A stretch of DNA of 64,000 nt from Candidatus Roizmanbacteria bacterium RIFCSPLOWO2_01_FULL_39_19. GTDB taxonomy: Bacteria; Patescibacteriota; Microgenomatia; UBA1406; HO2-37-13b. Made by a program: the position numbers and the translations under genes. Positions 41,208 through 50,463 of the stretch are shown piece after piece. Location of the stretch: the NCBI GenBank assembly GCA_001789725.1, contig MGAM01000013.1:14275-78274 (forward strand), written 5' to 3'. A model generated the notes under the pieces. That model was not told the origin of the DNA and did not search any database. It worked only from the letters and a program-made list of their open reading frames with translations. The stretch's first letter is position 1. Every line of letters starts with the position of its first letter.

Positions 41208-41457
41208 GGGTAAGATTAAGTTTTGAAAAGTCAATATTCATCTGACTATAGAAAACATCTTTTTCTACAGGAATATCTTCTTTATGTGCCTCAAGACTTT
41301 CAATATAAATTCCAATCGCCTCTCTCGCCATCTTTTTTGATTCAGGTAAATCTTTGCCATAAGTTACGCACCCCGGCAAGAGAGGAACAAAGGCAGTATA
41401 GCCCCCTTCAGGCTCCTTTTGAAAAATTACAGTGTAATTTAGAGTCCTTGCTTTCAT
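41200..41457 (-). CDS. hicB: HicB antitoxin
   Basis: EGGYTAFVPLLPGCVTYG..AREAI. Confidence 0.9.
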   Translation of the reverse strand: MKARTLNYTVIFQKEPEGGYTAFVPLLPGCVTYGKDLPESKKMAREAIGIYIESLEAHKEDIPVEKDVFYSQMNIDFSKLNLTHA

Positions 41458-41491
41458 GTTGATTCATTATATCATAGCCAATCCTGTATCT

Positions 41492-42241
41492 TTAGATTCT
41501 GCCTCCGTCCACTATAAGAGTTTGACCAGTGATAAAATCTGCCTTATTTGAAGCGAAAAACAACACAGCTTTTGCAATATCTTCGGGCGTTGCTATTCTG
41601 CCAAGTGGCGTTTCTTTTTGAAGAATTTCTCGTCTTTCTTTGCCTAAATTTCGCATTAAATCTGTATCCGTTGGTCCCGGGGCAACTACATTAATCGTAA
41701 TATTATACTTCCCCAACTCCCTTGAAAGAGTCTTTGTCATGTTGCTGACTCCAGCCTTCGATGACCCATAAGAAACACTGACTAAGCTTCCAACAAGAGC
41801 CGCAATTGATGAAATATTAATAATTTTTCCTTTTGTTTTTTGTTTCATATAGGGAAGAACCTCTTTTATGCAAAAAAAAGCCCCTTTCAGGTTTATGTCA
41901 AAGGTGTTATCCCACATCTCCTCGGTCGTTTCATTTATAGGAGCAGGCAGTTGAATACCAGCGTTATTAATAATAATATCTATTCCTTTGAATTTTATTA
42001 TCGATTCCTTTACTAATTTTTTGATCTCATTAATCTCTGAAATGTCGGCTCTTATTGCTATAGCATCGGGGCCGATTTTTTTAATTTCCGCGACTAATTT
42101 ATTTGCTTCCTTTTTTGATTTGTAATGGTTAACAACAATTTTAGCTCCTTCCTTAGCAAAGGCCAACGCAATAGCTCTACCTATGCCTCTTGCAGCCCCT
42201 GTAATTAAAACTACTTTATTTTGAAATCTCAAGTCAACCAT
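41492..42241 (-). CDS. FabG-like SDR oxidoreductase
   Basis: TGAARGIG, NNAG, YGSSK, PLGR, ITGQ..VDGG. Confidence 0.9.
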   Translation of the reverse strand: MVDLRFQNKVVLITGAARGIGRAIALAFAKEGAKIVVNHYKSKKEANKLVAEIKKIGPDAIAIRADISEINEIKKLVKESIIKFKGIDIIINNAGIQLPAPINETTEEMWDNTFDINLKGAFFCIKEVLPYMKQKTKGKIINISSIAALVGSLVSVSYGSSKAGVSNMTKTLSRELGKYNITINVVAPGPTDTDLMRNLGKERREILQKETPLGRIATPEDIAKAVLFFASNKADFITGQTLIVDGGRI

Positions 42242-42279
42242 AAAGATGAAGTATATCAGTTTTAACTCCTACCACAAAA

Positions 42280-43368
42280 TTAAACCAAATTTGAAGATCC
42301 TTTGAAAATCTTAGGCTTTAGCCAATCAGATGGTGTCCCTTGATTATCTTGTGCGTTGGGTTGCTGTTGTTGCCCATTTTGTGGCATAGCAGAAGGTTGC
42401 GGAATGACATCCTGATTGACAGGTTGACTCATTGATTGATTTGTTAGACTTGGTTGAGGGGCAGTCATTGGCGGGTAGTCATCGACAAAGTTTTCATCTT
42501 CACCATCGTCATAATATGGATCATCATAAGGGTTTATCGGTGGATTGTAAGGTTGGTTAAACGGGCTGGTTTGTGGTGTCGTCGGTGCAAATTGACCCGG
42601 ATGGCCAAATGCAGTGTCCTTTTTAACATATGGTTTTTTTAATGCGCCGGCTCGAAGCAAGCGAGAGGCGATATCAAATGTATCAGCATTAACTGAATAC
42701 GAAGTAAAATTATTAGTTGCGTAAACCAAACCTGTATAGAGGTTAGTTGAAATATCTTTATCAAGCTCGATTTTTAAATAAGAGACAATTGACAAAATAA
42801 TCTCAGAAACTGAGGATGATTGTTTCTCGACAACGTTAATTGTTCCATATTGTCCGTTATTAAAACGTCTATCAACATTAATAATCTCAACGCCACTGAA
42901 TTTTTCCTGATTATTGGTATAGATCTTACCCAAGTTTTCAAGACGAGCAGTCTCTATGGTGATGATTACATCAATTATTCCTCCTGTATAGCCAAATGAT
43001 ACTTGCTTAGGCTCAAGCCTGATAGCGCCTTGTGACGGCGCAACAAAAACCTTGAGACGATCACCCTCGACCTCAGAAGTTATTTTATCAACTGCCCCTT
43101 CATGATATGGGAACGAAATAACTAAAGTGTTACCATCTTGTGCTTGTAAGTCGGTAATAATTTTTTCCGATGCTATAATATCAACTTCCTTTTGGGGCTG
43201 TTCCTCTGCGACTAAAGTCACCTGTTTACCGGCTTTTGACAGGGCAAGATACAAGCCGGCAGCTGATGCCTGAGCATCGGCGGATGCCGTTTTTGGCATG
43301 CAGATAACAAACGATTTTTTCTCTTCTAATACCTTCAAAATTTGTGGGTATTGATTGTCTAATATCAT
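42280..43368 (-). CDS. Degenerate DHH/NrnA-like protein with Pro/Gln-rich tail
   Basis: Follows infB; IINVDRR in place of IDHH; SSVSEI, LYTG..TNNF. Confidence 0.7.
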   Translation of the reverse strand: MILDNQYPQILKVLEEKKSFVICMPKTASADAQASAAGLYLALSKAGKQVTLVAEEQPQKEVDIIASEKIITDLQAQDGNTLVISFPYHEGAVDKITSEVEGDRLKVFVAPSQGAIRLEPKQVSFGYTGGIIDVIITIETARLENLGKIYTNNQEKFSGVEIINVDRRFNNGQYGTINVVEKQSSSVSEIILSIVSYLKIELDKDISTNLYTGLVYATNNFTSYSVNADTFDIASRLLRAGALKKPYVKKDTAFGHPGQFAPTTPQTSPFNQPYNPPINPYDDPYYDDGEDENFVDDYPPMTAPQPSLTNQSMSQPVNQDVIPQPSAMPQNGQQQQPNAQDNQGTPSDWLKPKIFKGSSNLV

Positions 43369-44816
43369 ATACTATAAGATTTTATCATATCACCTACCTT
43401 AAAGTCAAGATTGGGGCTAGTGAGCATCCCCCCTTCCTCATTTTTCTTCAGTTCTCGGATTTGTTTAGTCTTTTGTTTGAGCGATTCTATATGGGCCATT
43501 CCAATAACGCTGTCTCCCCGATAGAGTTCAATTTCATCTCCAATTGCTAATTTTCCTGTTTGAATAGAGATACCGGCAATATTTTGGTTTTCAATTAAAA
43601 AATTAGCAATAATTCTTGCCTGCCCCTTAAAACGGGACTGTTTCTCGTCTTTTTCCTGGTAAAGACTCAAAACCTCATCAATTTCTTCAAGTAACTTATA
43701 TATCAAACTATAGGTCTTAATCAGTACTTTCTCATCTTTAGCGATTTCAACAACATCTTTGGGAATCCCCTGATTAAAGTTGATAATGATTGCTCCGGTA
43801 ACTTTCGCAAACAAAATATCAGATTTTGTTATTTCACCAATTTCCGCTTTTTCTATCTGAACTGATTCGTTTAGGTTTAGACTATCGACTATTGCCTCAA
43901 CCGATCCGTGATTGTCGGCCTTAATTACCATTTTCAATTTTCTTTTTTCTTGTTTTTCTTTAAAAAAATCAGCAGTGCTTAGCGGTTTTTTCTCGGAGAC
44001 TTCCGGCGAAGTTGACTGGTCTTCATATACAGTAAGTTTGGATCCAACAGATGGGGTAACATTAAATCCTAAAAGCACAAATGGATTAGAGGGAACTACT
44101 TTATTCACTCTATCCCCACTATCATTCATCAACGATCTTATCTTTGCTTCTTTTCCTTCACAAAAAACCGTTTGTGAGACAGTAAGGTAACTGTTTTTTA
44201 TAATACAAGATATGGCAATTCCCGCCTTTGTCTTATTAATTTCAATAACATACGCCTCTAACTGCCCTTCAAGTTCGTAGCTAAACTTCTGCTCAGCGGA
44301 GATAAACAAAATTGCCTCAAGCAAGTCTTTAACATTATCTCCCGTCTTGGCTGAAATCCCAACTGCCGGTGTTGTTCCGCCAAATCCTTCTGTTAAAATT
44401 TCGTATCTTAATAAATCTTTTTTGACTTTATCAAGATTAAAGTTTGGAAGATCAATTTTGTTAACTGCAACAATAAAAGGAAGCTTTGTTTTTTTGATAA
44501 TTTCGATCGATTCAATTGTTTGTGGTTTGACTGACTCGACTCCGTCAATAAGAAGAATGGCAATGTCGGCTACCGTTGCTCCTCTGGATCTGATTTTCGT
44601 AAATGCCTCATGTCCCGGGGTGTCAATAAAGGTTATCTTAGACACCGGGTAACCTGAGAGATCTGTTTCAACCTCATACGCACCAACTTTCTGAGTTATT
44701 GATCCCTCTTCTTTGGCTGCAACATTTGATTTTCGAATATAGTCAAGCAGAGTAGTTTTACCATGATCAACATGTCCTAAAACTACTACAACCGGACTTC
44801 TTGGTTGTGTATTCAT
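43365..44816 (-). CDS. infB: Translation initiation factor IF-2 (short form lacking the N-terminal domain)
   Basis: GHVDHGKTTLLD, DTPGHEAF..RSRGA, IKAD..GS.EA. Confidence 0.95.
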   Translation of the reverse strand: MNTQPRSPVVVVLGHVDHGKTTLLDYIRKSNVAAKEEGSITQKVGAYEVETDLSGYPVSKITFIDTPGHEAFTKIRSRGATVADIAILLIDGVESVKPQTIESIEIIKKTKLPFIVAVNKIDLPNFNLDKVKKDLLRYEILTEGFGGTTPAVGISAKTGDNVKDLLEAILFISAEQKFSYELEGQLEAYVIEINKTKAGIAISCIIKNSYLTVSQTVFCEGKEAKIRSLMNDSGDRVNKVVPSNPFVLLGFNVTPSVGSKLTVYEDQSTSPEVSEKKPLSTADFFKEKQEKRKLKMVIKADNHGSVEAIVDSLNLNESVQIEKAEIGEITKSDILFAKVTGAIIINFNQGIPKDVVEIAKDEKVLIKTYSLIYKLLEEIDEVLSLYQEKDEKQSRFKGQARIIANFLIENQNIAGISIQTGKLAIGDEIELYRGDSVIGMAHIESLKQKTKQIRELKKNEEGGMLTSPNLDFKVGDMIKSYSI

Positions 44817-44818
44817 GA

Positions 44819-45892
44819 TTATTTCTCATTTAAGTCATCTAAACTATCCTTAACTTCTTTTTCTTTTGGATCGGCAGCTGCTTTTTCAGGTTTATTCTCC
44901 TCACTATTGATCGTCTCTTCTTTTGGTTCTTCTACCGCCTTTTCTTCAAGCTGCACTACATCAATATCATATCTCGTTAAATGCCCCGCCAAATTAACAT
45001 TGACGCCACCCTTTCCTATTGCCAGTGGCGCTTGTTCCTGAGTAACAAAAACTTTAGCTGTTTTTTTGGTCTTATCAAGTTCAACAGACTGGACTTTAGC
45101 CGGAGAAAGCGCCTCTCTGACAAATAACTCATCATCGGCGTTATATTGGATAATATCAATTTTTTCATCAATTCCAAGCTCATCATTTACGGATTTTACT
45201 CTTATCCCCTTTTGGCCGACACATGCCCCCACTGGGTCAACAGCAGCAGCATCGGAATAAACAGCTACCTTTGCCCTCTCGCCCGGTTCGCGAACAACAG
45301 CATGAATCTTAACAGTCCCCGATGCAATTTCAGGAACCTCTTTTTTAAAAAGTTCTTCGACAAGTTTTGGGTCGACCCGAGATAAAATTATGCGAGAATT
45401 ACCATATTCATCTTCATCAATTTTCTTGATATAGAGGGTATAGGAGTTGTTCACAGAGTAATCCTCGCTGCGGATTCGCTCTTGTGCCGGTAAGACTCCC
45501 TCAGCCTTACCAATATCAAAATGAACATTTTTGGGATCAAACCTAATAACCCTCCCTTTGACAATTGTGCCTACTTGGGTAGTGTAATGTTTAACTATCT
45601 CCCTTTTCTCCGCTTCACGAATTTTCTGCAAGATTACTTGACGGGCAGTTTGTGCAGCAATTCTTCCAAAACCGGGAGGAGTTATATCCTCTTCGTTTTT
45701 TAAAACATGGGTTTCGCCCGAATTTTTATCAATTTTAGCCTCAAATGTTGCTTCTTCGTCATCTCCATAATCTTTTTTGTAAGCAGCTAAGACTGCCTCC
45801 TGAATTGATGATATAACGTCATCAATTGATATTCCCCGCTCTGTTGCAACTTGATTTAACGCCAAGAAAAACTCACTTTTAATAACAGTCAT
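44819..45892 (-). CDS. nusA: Transcription factor NusA
   Basis: FGRIAAQTARQVI, EVPEI, REPG.R.K, DPVGACVG. Confidence 0.95.
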   Translation of the reverse strand: MTVIKSEFFLALNQVATERGISIDDVISSIQEAVLAAYKKDYGDDEEATFEAKIDKNSGETHVLKNEEDITPPGFGRIAAQTARQVILQKIREAEKREIVKHYTTQVGTIVKGRVIRFDPKNVHFDIGKAEGVLPAQERIRSEDYSVNNSYTLYIKKIDEDEYGNSRIILSRVDPKLVEELFKKEVPEIASGTVKIHAVVREPGERAKVAVYSDAAAVDPVGACVGQKGIRVKSVNDELGIDEKIDIIQYNADDELFVREALSPAKVQSVELDKTKKTAKVFVTQEQAPLAIGKGGVNVNLAGHLTRYDIDVVQLEEKAVEEPKEETINSEENKPEKAAADPKEKEVKDSLDDLNEK

Positions 45893-45965
45893 AAGACGAA
45901 ATTATAGCATTATATGAGGCAAACATCAACTTTCAAAACCATTCTCTGTAGCAGCTTTTTTTAGA

Positions 45966-46151
45966 TATAGCAACCGCAAAACAAAATGTCGGTTTTTTAT
46001 ACTGTCATGCTGAACTCGCTGCGCCCTTCCGTAGTCTTGTACGAAGGAGGGTTTCAGCATCTCAACAATGAGATCCTGAAATAAAACTTGTCCCGAACTT
46101 GATTCGGAATTCAGGATGACAAATTAGACAGTTTGAATTGCGCTAGCTATA
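45966..46151. mobile_element. 186-bp MITE-like repeat, copy 2
   Basis: Direct copy of 26755-26940 with two substitutions. Confidence 0.8.
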
Positions 46152-46166
46152 ACTAGCTAATGGACT

Positions 46167-46709
46167 CTAGCAGTTGCTAAACATTAATGGAATTCCAGCA
46201 CATGAGATAATAAATCTTAAATAGATTGGCCACAAAAATATTACTGGCAGCGAACTGGCATCTAGCGCCACTCCTTGCACTAAGAAATACAGATAAGCAA
46301 CAATTCCGACAAAGCAATAACTTATTGTAAATCTTTTCCACGATTGCCAAATACTAAACCATACCAAAGAAAAAGACAAGATAAGCGATGCAATCAAAAA
46401 AGAAACTGCGGCAACACGCAGGTTTTGCGCTTTTTGATATTCCCTTTTGTATATTTGAGCAATTACGGGGGTTGGAACAATCTCCGGTTGGCGTGATAAC
46501 GACTCATTTTTAATCTGTGTTTTATCAATCGGCAGCTCTACGTGGATTACTGAACGTGTCCCAAATATTTGCTCACTGGTTGCAAACTCTATTTCAACAG
46601 CTTTAGTTTGCAGTTGTGCATGAATAATTTCGCCACCAACATAGATTAAAACACCAAGAAGAAAGTATAGAAACAAGAATTTGTTTATTGCAAAGATTTT
46701 TTTTGTCAC
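46167..46709 (-). CDS. Hypothetical membrane protein
   Basis: Several TM segments. Confidence 0.55.
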   Translation of the reverse strand: MTKKIFAINKFLFLYFLLGVLIYVGGEIIHAQLQTKAVEIEFATSEQIFGTRSVIHVELPIDKTQIKNESLSRQPEIVPTPVIAQIYKREYQKAQNLRVAAVSFLIASLILSFSLVWFSIWQSWKRFTISYCFVGIVAYLYFLVQGVALDASSLPVIFLWPIYLRFIISCAGIPLMFSNC

Positions 46710-46801
46710 AACTTTAACTAAAAAACAGTTTAATTCTTTGATAATCTGAAATCAACTTGTTTATTAAATTTTATGGTTAGGCGACATTCGTCCTGAAGGT
46801 A

Positions 46802-47617
46802 TTATTTAAAAGCAAACCAACCATATAGTCCGGCGTCATTTAATTTTGATTTTAATATTAATGGTGTATTAAATATAGGAAGTAGTTTCTTTAATTCAAG
46901 TTTTAAAGGGCTAATAAATTGCTCAAATTTATTAGCAACACCGCCGCCAATAACCATTATTTCTGGAGACCATAAAACAATTAAATTAGCTAAACCAACT
47001 GCAACCAATTTTGAATATGCTTTCCATATATTTTTATCATCACACTCTTCTGCTGTTATACCAAATATTTGTTTGAATGCTGTTCCGGAAGCATAAGATT
47101 CGAAACATCCTCTTTGACCACAGCTCCAAACTTTTGTCTCATAAAAGTTTATTATTTGATGGGCCGGCTCAATCCCGAAATGGTGAGGAGTAATTTTTTT
47201 ATTTATTATCAAACATCCACCGATACCAGAACTTAGGGTAAGATATCCGACTAGAGAATAATTTCTCCCCGCACCATATACGGCTTCTCCTAACGCAGCA
47301 ACATTCGCATCATTTTCTAAGAGAAATGAAGTTTTTGGGAATGCTTGGAACAGGGGCTGAAAAATATTTTGTCCCCGCCATAATTTTTTTTGTCCCCATT
47401 TAATAAAAATGCCTTTCTTTTTGTCAAGAGATCCAGCAGCAGCAATATTGATTTTTGAAATATCTAAAGATTGACTTTTTATCTCAAAAATAATTCTGTT
47501 AATTTGATCTTGAAAGTTGTCAAAAGTAGTAAAACGAATGATTTTGTCGAATTTTCTTTTATTGTTAGAAAAACCTAATCTTGAAGTAGACCCTCCAATA
47601 TCAATACAAATGGTCAT
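46802..47617 (-). CDS. ROK family sugar kinase
   Basis: DIGGS, LENDAN.AALGE, CGQRGCFE. Confidence 0.9.
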   Translation of the reverse strand: MTICIDIGGSTSRLGFSNNKRKFDKIIRFTTFDNFQDQINRIIFEIKSQSLDISKINIAAAGSLDKKKGIFIKWGQKKLWRGQNIFQPLFQAFPKTSFLLENDANVAALGEAVYGAGRNYSLVGYLTLSSGIGGCLIINKKITPHHFGIEPAHQIINFYETKVWSCGQRGCFESYASGTAFKQIFGITAEECDDKNIWKAYSKLVAVGLANLIVLWSPEIMVIGGGVANKFEQFISPLKLELKKLLPIFNTPLILKSKLNDAGLYGWFAFK

Positions 47618-47749
47618 AAAAGTCTATGTTTATCTTAAATAATATGCTTGCTCACGGTAAATCTCATAATCCAATTTTAGCATTCTATCAATTCGAGTTT
47701 ACTCCGTATGTGTCGAAGTGCTTGCTAGCCGTAGCTTTAACGAAGGATA

Positions 47750-47777
47750 GTCCAGGCTTGTAACAGACGTTAGAACT
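47750..47777 (+). repeat. Array junction J1 (type A right arm), preceded by a REP-like hairpin
   Basis: GTCCAGGCTTGTAACAGACGTTAGAACT after CCGTAGCTTTAACGAAGGATA. Confidence 0.85.
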
Positions 47778-47795
47778 CTTTTCGTTACACGAAAA

Positions 47796-48542
47796 TTATA
47801 CTTTTGTTCCAGTAATGATCGTTGCAAGACCTCCAGACATTGGTAACGATTCGACTTCAGAAAGTCCAACCTGATCAAATACCACGGTTAGATTAGATCC
47901 ATCTCCAAAGTCTGCTAAATATCTATTAATCATCAGAAAACGGTCATAGTGACCATCAAAAAGGGCGAAAGCGAGCGGCATCATTTTGTACATGTATAAG
48001 TGTTGTAGCCTTTGTAAGGCTCTCTGACTAGGTACCGTAATTTCTACTGTAGCGAATCTGCCACCGGGTTTTAACACACGTTTCATTTCCTTTGCAAAAA
48101 AATTGTGGAGATCCGAACACAATGTTTTCACCCCGTATCCAGAAAAAATGGCGTCTAAAGAATTATCCTCAAAAGGTAATGTGGTCGCGTCACTCGTCAT
48201 TAAGCTAACATTTGAGTATCTGTTTCTTTGTTTTCTTTGCTCTGCACCATTAATCATTCCCTTTGAAAAATCAATTGAGAAAATATGTCCATCGGGGCCA
48301 ATAAAGGGTAATAAGTGTTTCCACGATTCGCCTGTGCCTCCCATAAAATCTCCAACTACCATACCTTGCTTAAGTCTTAATACATGAGCGGCATTTCTTC
48401 TCCAAAGTTCGGTAAGCCCTAAAGAAGATAAAGTTGATACAAGTTCATACGAGCCTGATAGATCGTCGAAAAGTCCTTGTAGATATACGGGCGAGTAGTT
48501 TGTATCATGAACGGACGGATTTCCAGCTCCTTCTAAGCCCAT
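47796..48542 (-). CDS. UbiE/MenG-like SAM-dependent methyltransferase (cargo of J1-J2)
   Basis: D..GGTG, IDFS.GM, DAT.LPFEDNS.D, RVLKPGG. Confidence 0.85.
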   Translation of the reverse strand: MGLEGAGNPSVHDTNYSPVYLQGLFDDLSGSYELVSTLSSLGLTELWRRNAAHVLRLKQGMVVGDFMGGTGESWKHLLPFIGPDGHIFSIDFSKGMINGAEQRKQRNRYSNVSLMTSDATTLPFEDNSLDAIFSGYGVKTLCSDLHNFFAKEMKRVLKPGGRFATVEITVPSQRALQRLQHLYMYKMMPLAFALFDGHYDRFLMINRYLADFGDGSNLTVVFDQVGLSEVESLPMSGGLATIITGTKV

Positions 48543-48596
48543 AAGAAATCTATTTTAGCACTTTCTGACAAGATAATCAATTATGTAGACAATCAT

Positions 48597-48637
48597 GTCC
48601 AGGCTCGTGACAGATGTTAGAATCTTTTACGCACAAA
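48597..48637 (+). repeat. Array junction J2 (type A)
   Basis: GTCCAGGCTCGTGACAGATGTTAGAATCTTTTACGCACAAA. Confidence 0.85.
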
Positions 48638-48638
48638 C

Positions 48639-48986
48639 CTAATTGTCATTTTTCTCTAAAAGGACATTGAGTTGCTCAATGAGCGGAGGAATATCATTTT
48701 TGATAATGTCCCAGATGATGTTCGTGTCGACTTCCATATAGTCATGAATAGCAACATTACGAAAGTCGATAATATCTTGCCTTGGAATAGTGTCATGTTC
48801 TTTTCTGAACTCAGATGATATATTTGTTGCAGCCTCCCCAATTATTTCTAAATTTCTGATCGCCGCAGCTTGATCCCAATTATCTGTCTCGAAATGTTCA
48901 AAGTCATTAGCAGTTGCATAAGCAATAACAGCCTCAGCGGCATCTTTCATGTGCATTAAATAAGCATATGGATTACTATTTCTCAT
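48639..48986 (-). CDS. HepT-like (DUF86) HEPN toxin
   Basis: RNLEIIGEA, RNVAIHDY (RX4H). Confidence 0.9.
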   Translation of the reverse strand: MRNSNPYAYLMHMKDAAEAVIAYATANDFEHFETDNWDQAAAIRNLEIIGEAATNISSEFRKEHDTIPRQDIIDFRNVAIHDYMEVDTNIIWDIIKNDIPPLIEQLNVLLEKNDN

Positions 48987-49255
48987 ATAAATCTTTTTTC
49001 GTGTTTTAGTATGCTCTCTTTAAGATAGGGACTTATTCCGTTATAGCTTACTAGGTCAACTTCTTTTTGAAGCGATTTCTCTAGATCCCTTTTTAAACGT
49101 ACAAACAGAAGTCTCATTCCCTTAGGGGGTTGAATCAGTATGTCTATGTCACTTGTATCATCATAATCACCGCGTGCATAAGAACCAAATAATGCAGCTT
49201 TTTTTACGCCATATTGTTCTAGAAGCGGTATTATTTTCTGAGTTATTGTATCCAT
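48983..49255 (-). CDS. MNT (MntA-like) nucleotidyltransferase antitoxin
   Basis: LFGSYARG....SDID; overlaps the HEPN gene start. Confidence 0.9.
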   Translation of the reverse strand: MDTITQKIIPLLEQYGVKKAALFGSYARGDYDDTSDIDILIQPPKGMRLLFVRLKRDLEKSLQKEVDLVSYNGISPYLKESILKHEKRFI

Positions 49256-49351
49256 ATTTGTAATTCTATCAAATTGTTTGTAATTTGCGATGAGATAGTA
49301 ACCAATTTAATAGGCATTTAACTTTCGCCTTGTAGTAATTCGAACTGTTGT

Positions 49352-49402
49352 GAAAGTCTCAAAACTAAGTCCAGGCTAGTTGAATATGTAGGAAATTATT
49401 AT
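49352..49402 (+). repeat. Array junction J3 (type B), core at 49369
   Basis: GAAAGTCTCAAAACTAA-GTCCAGGCTAGTTGAATATGTAGGAAATTATTAT. Confidence 0.85.
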
Positions 49403-49444
49403 AGAGGTCAAATCTTCCAATATATAGCTTAATTGGAATAGACC

Positions 49445-49651
49445 TTATTGTTTGAAATGTTCGTGATTTTCATTCTCCCGAAAAAGTTCACTACAAGTCT
49501 CACAGAGATTTGCTGGTTCTAAGGGTTGTCCCTTGAATTTACATTTTTCTTCTTTACATACATTATCACCTGCTTCAAATTCTTCCTCTGTAATTCCCTT
49601 CATTTCAGGATGAAAACTGTAGCAAGTAAAACAAATATATCGTTTTTTCAT
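49445..49651 (-). CDS. Small Cys/His-rich putative metal-binding protein (sole cargo of J3-J4)
   Basis: CFTC, CKEEKC, CETC, HEH; TGATATAAT just upstream. Confidence 0.7.
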   Translation of the reverse strand: MKKRYICFTCYSFHPEMKGITEEEFEAGDNVCKEEKCKFKGQPLEPANLCETCSELFRENENHEHFKQ

Positions 49652-49660
49652 ATTAAGGTG

Positions 49661-49765
49661 ATTATATCAAAAGTCCGAATCTATTCCTCTGTTCAGATAG
49701 TTTGATATGTTTGAGTGAAGCTAAAAACCGAGTCCACGCTGGTTGAATATGTGGGGAATTATTAT
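49661..49765 (+). repeat. Array junction J4 (long left arm plus type B right arm), core at 49732
   Basis: ATTATATCAAAAGTCCGAATC...GTTTGATATGTTTGAGTGAAGCTAAAAACCGA-GTCCACGCTGGTTGAATATGTGGGGAATTATTAT. Confidence 0.85.
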
Positions 49766-50268
49766 TCAGCTAATATTGCCATTATTTGATTTGCTGTCTC
49801 TTCTGGTGTTTGATTAGTATTGTCAATTTTGTGCTCGTTACTGTACTTCGGTTCGTCTCTTAATTTTCTATTTAATTCAATAGATTGCTTAAAATCTCTG
49901 AAACCACTATCTCTTGATTCCGTAAGAACTCTTTGTTTGAGTATTTCATCGTTATTGAGATAGAGTGTAATAACTATATTTTCATAACTTTTGAGTTCTT
50001 TTATAATTCTTTCAATACCATTTTCTGTAAAGCCACCCACAATGACGTTCCTATAATTATGTTTTGCATAATTCTTCAATATGAATACTAAATTTTCAAA
50101 AGACATTTCTTCTTCAGCGGTGCTTGTATTTTTCCAGTCTTGATTAAGGTGGTAATCTCGGATCCAATCGTAATCAATATAAACAGAATCCAATTTCTTT
50201 TTAAGAAGCCTGGCGAGTGTGGTTTTACCCGATCCTTGAGCACCTAATATCAAGATAAAATTATTCAT
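49762..50268 (-). CDS. P-loop kinase (AAA_18/AAA_33-like)
   Basis: GAQGSGKTT, IDNT..TPEET. Confidence 0.85.
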   Translation of the reverse strand: MNNFILILGAQGSGKTTLARLLKKKLDSVYIDYDWIRDYHLNQDWKNTSTAEEEMSFENLVFILKNYAKHNYRNVIVGGFTENGIERIIKELKSYENIVITLYLNNDEILKQRVLTESRDSGFRDFKQSIELNRKLRDEPKYSNEHKIDNTNQTPEETANQIMAILAE

Positions 50269-50278
50269 ATCGAATCAA

Positions 50279-50362
50279 GTATATCAAAAGTCCAGATCTA
50301 TTCCTCTGTCGTAACAGTTTGATATGTTTGAGTGAAGCTAAAAAGTCTGTCCAAGGGGAGGG
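50279..50362 (+). repeat. Array junction J5: left arm near-identical to J4, right side tRNA-3'-like; core at 50349
   Basis: ...GTTTGATATGTTTGAGTGAAGCTAAAAAGTCT-GTCCAAGGGGAGGG. Confidence 0.75.
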
Positions 50363-50463
50363 TATCTTCCGTTAAAACTTCAGATACCAGGGATTCCCTC
50401 TTTCGCATAAAGCTTCAGAGGGCTAGCCATCCTCCGATTTATCCTTCTCTAAAGCTACTGATA
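50361..50463. repeat. Three REP-like hairpins at the 3' end of the GIY-YIG gene
   Basis: GGTATCT..AGATACC (50361-50388), CCCTCT..AGAGGG (50396-50422), TATCCTTCTCTAAAGCTACTGATA (50440-50463, inside the CDS). Confidence 0.75.

Noticed and set aside
49369-49402. Xer/dif (pdif) module sites
   Set aside because: Only a weak TATGT resemblance; no 11-6-11 structure and no alternating orientation
49661-49731. Left arms as intact integrase coding remnants
   Set aside because: In-frame stops in J4, J5, J7 and J8 and variable spacing to the core; only the right arms show a coding signature
50349-50422. Intact tRNA gene
   Set aside because: Only about 18 nt of 3'-end-like sequence, interrupted by a hairpin; no D or anticodon arm. 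I found no full tRNA or rRNA in the window by eye
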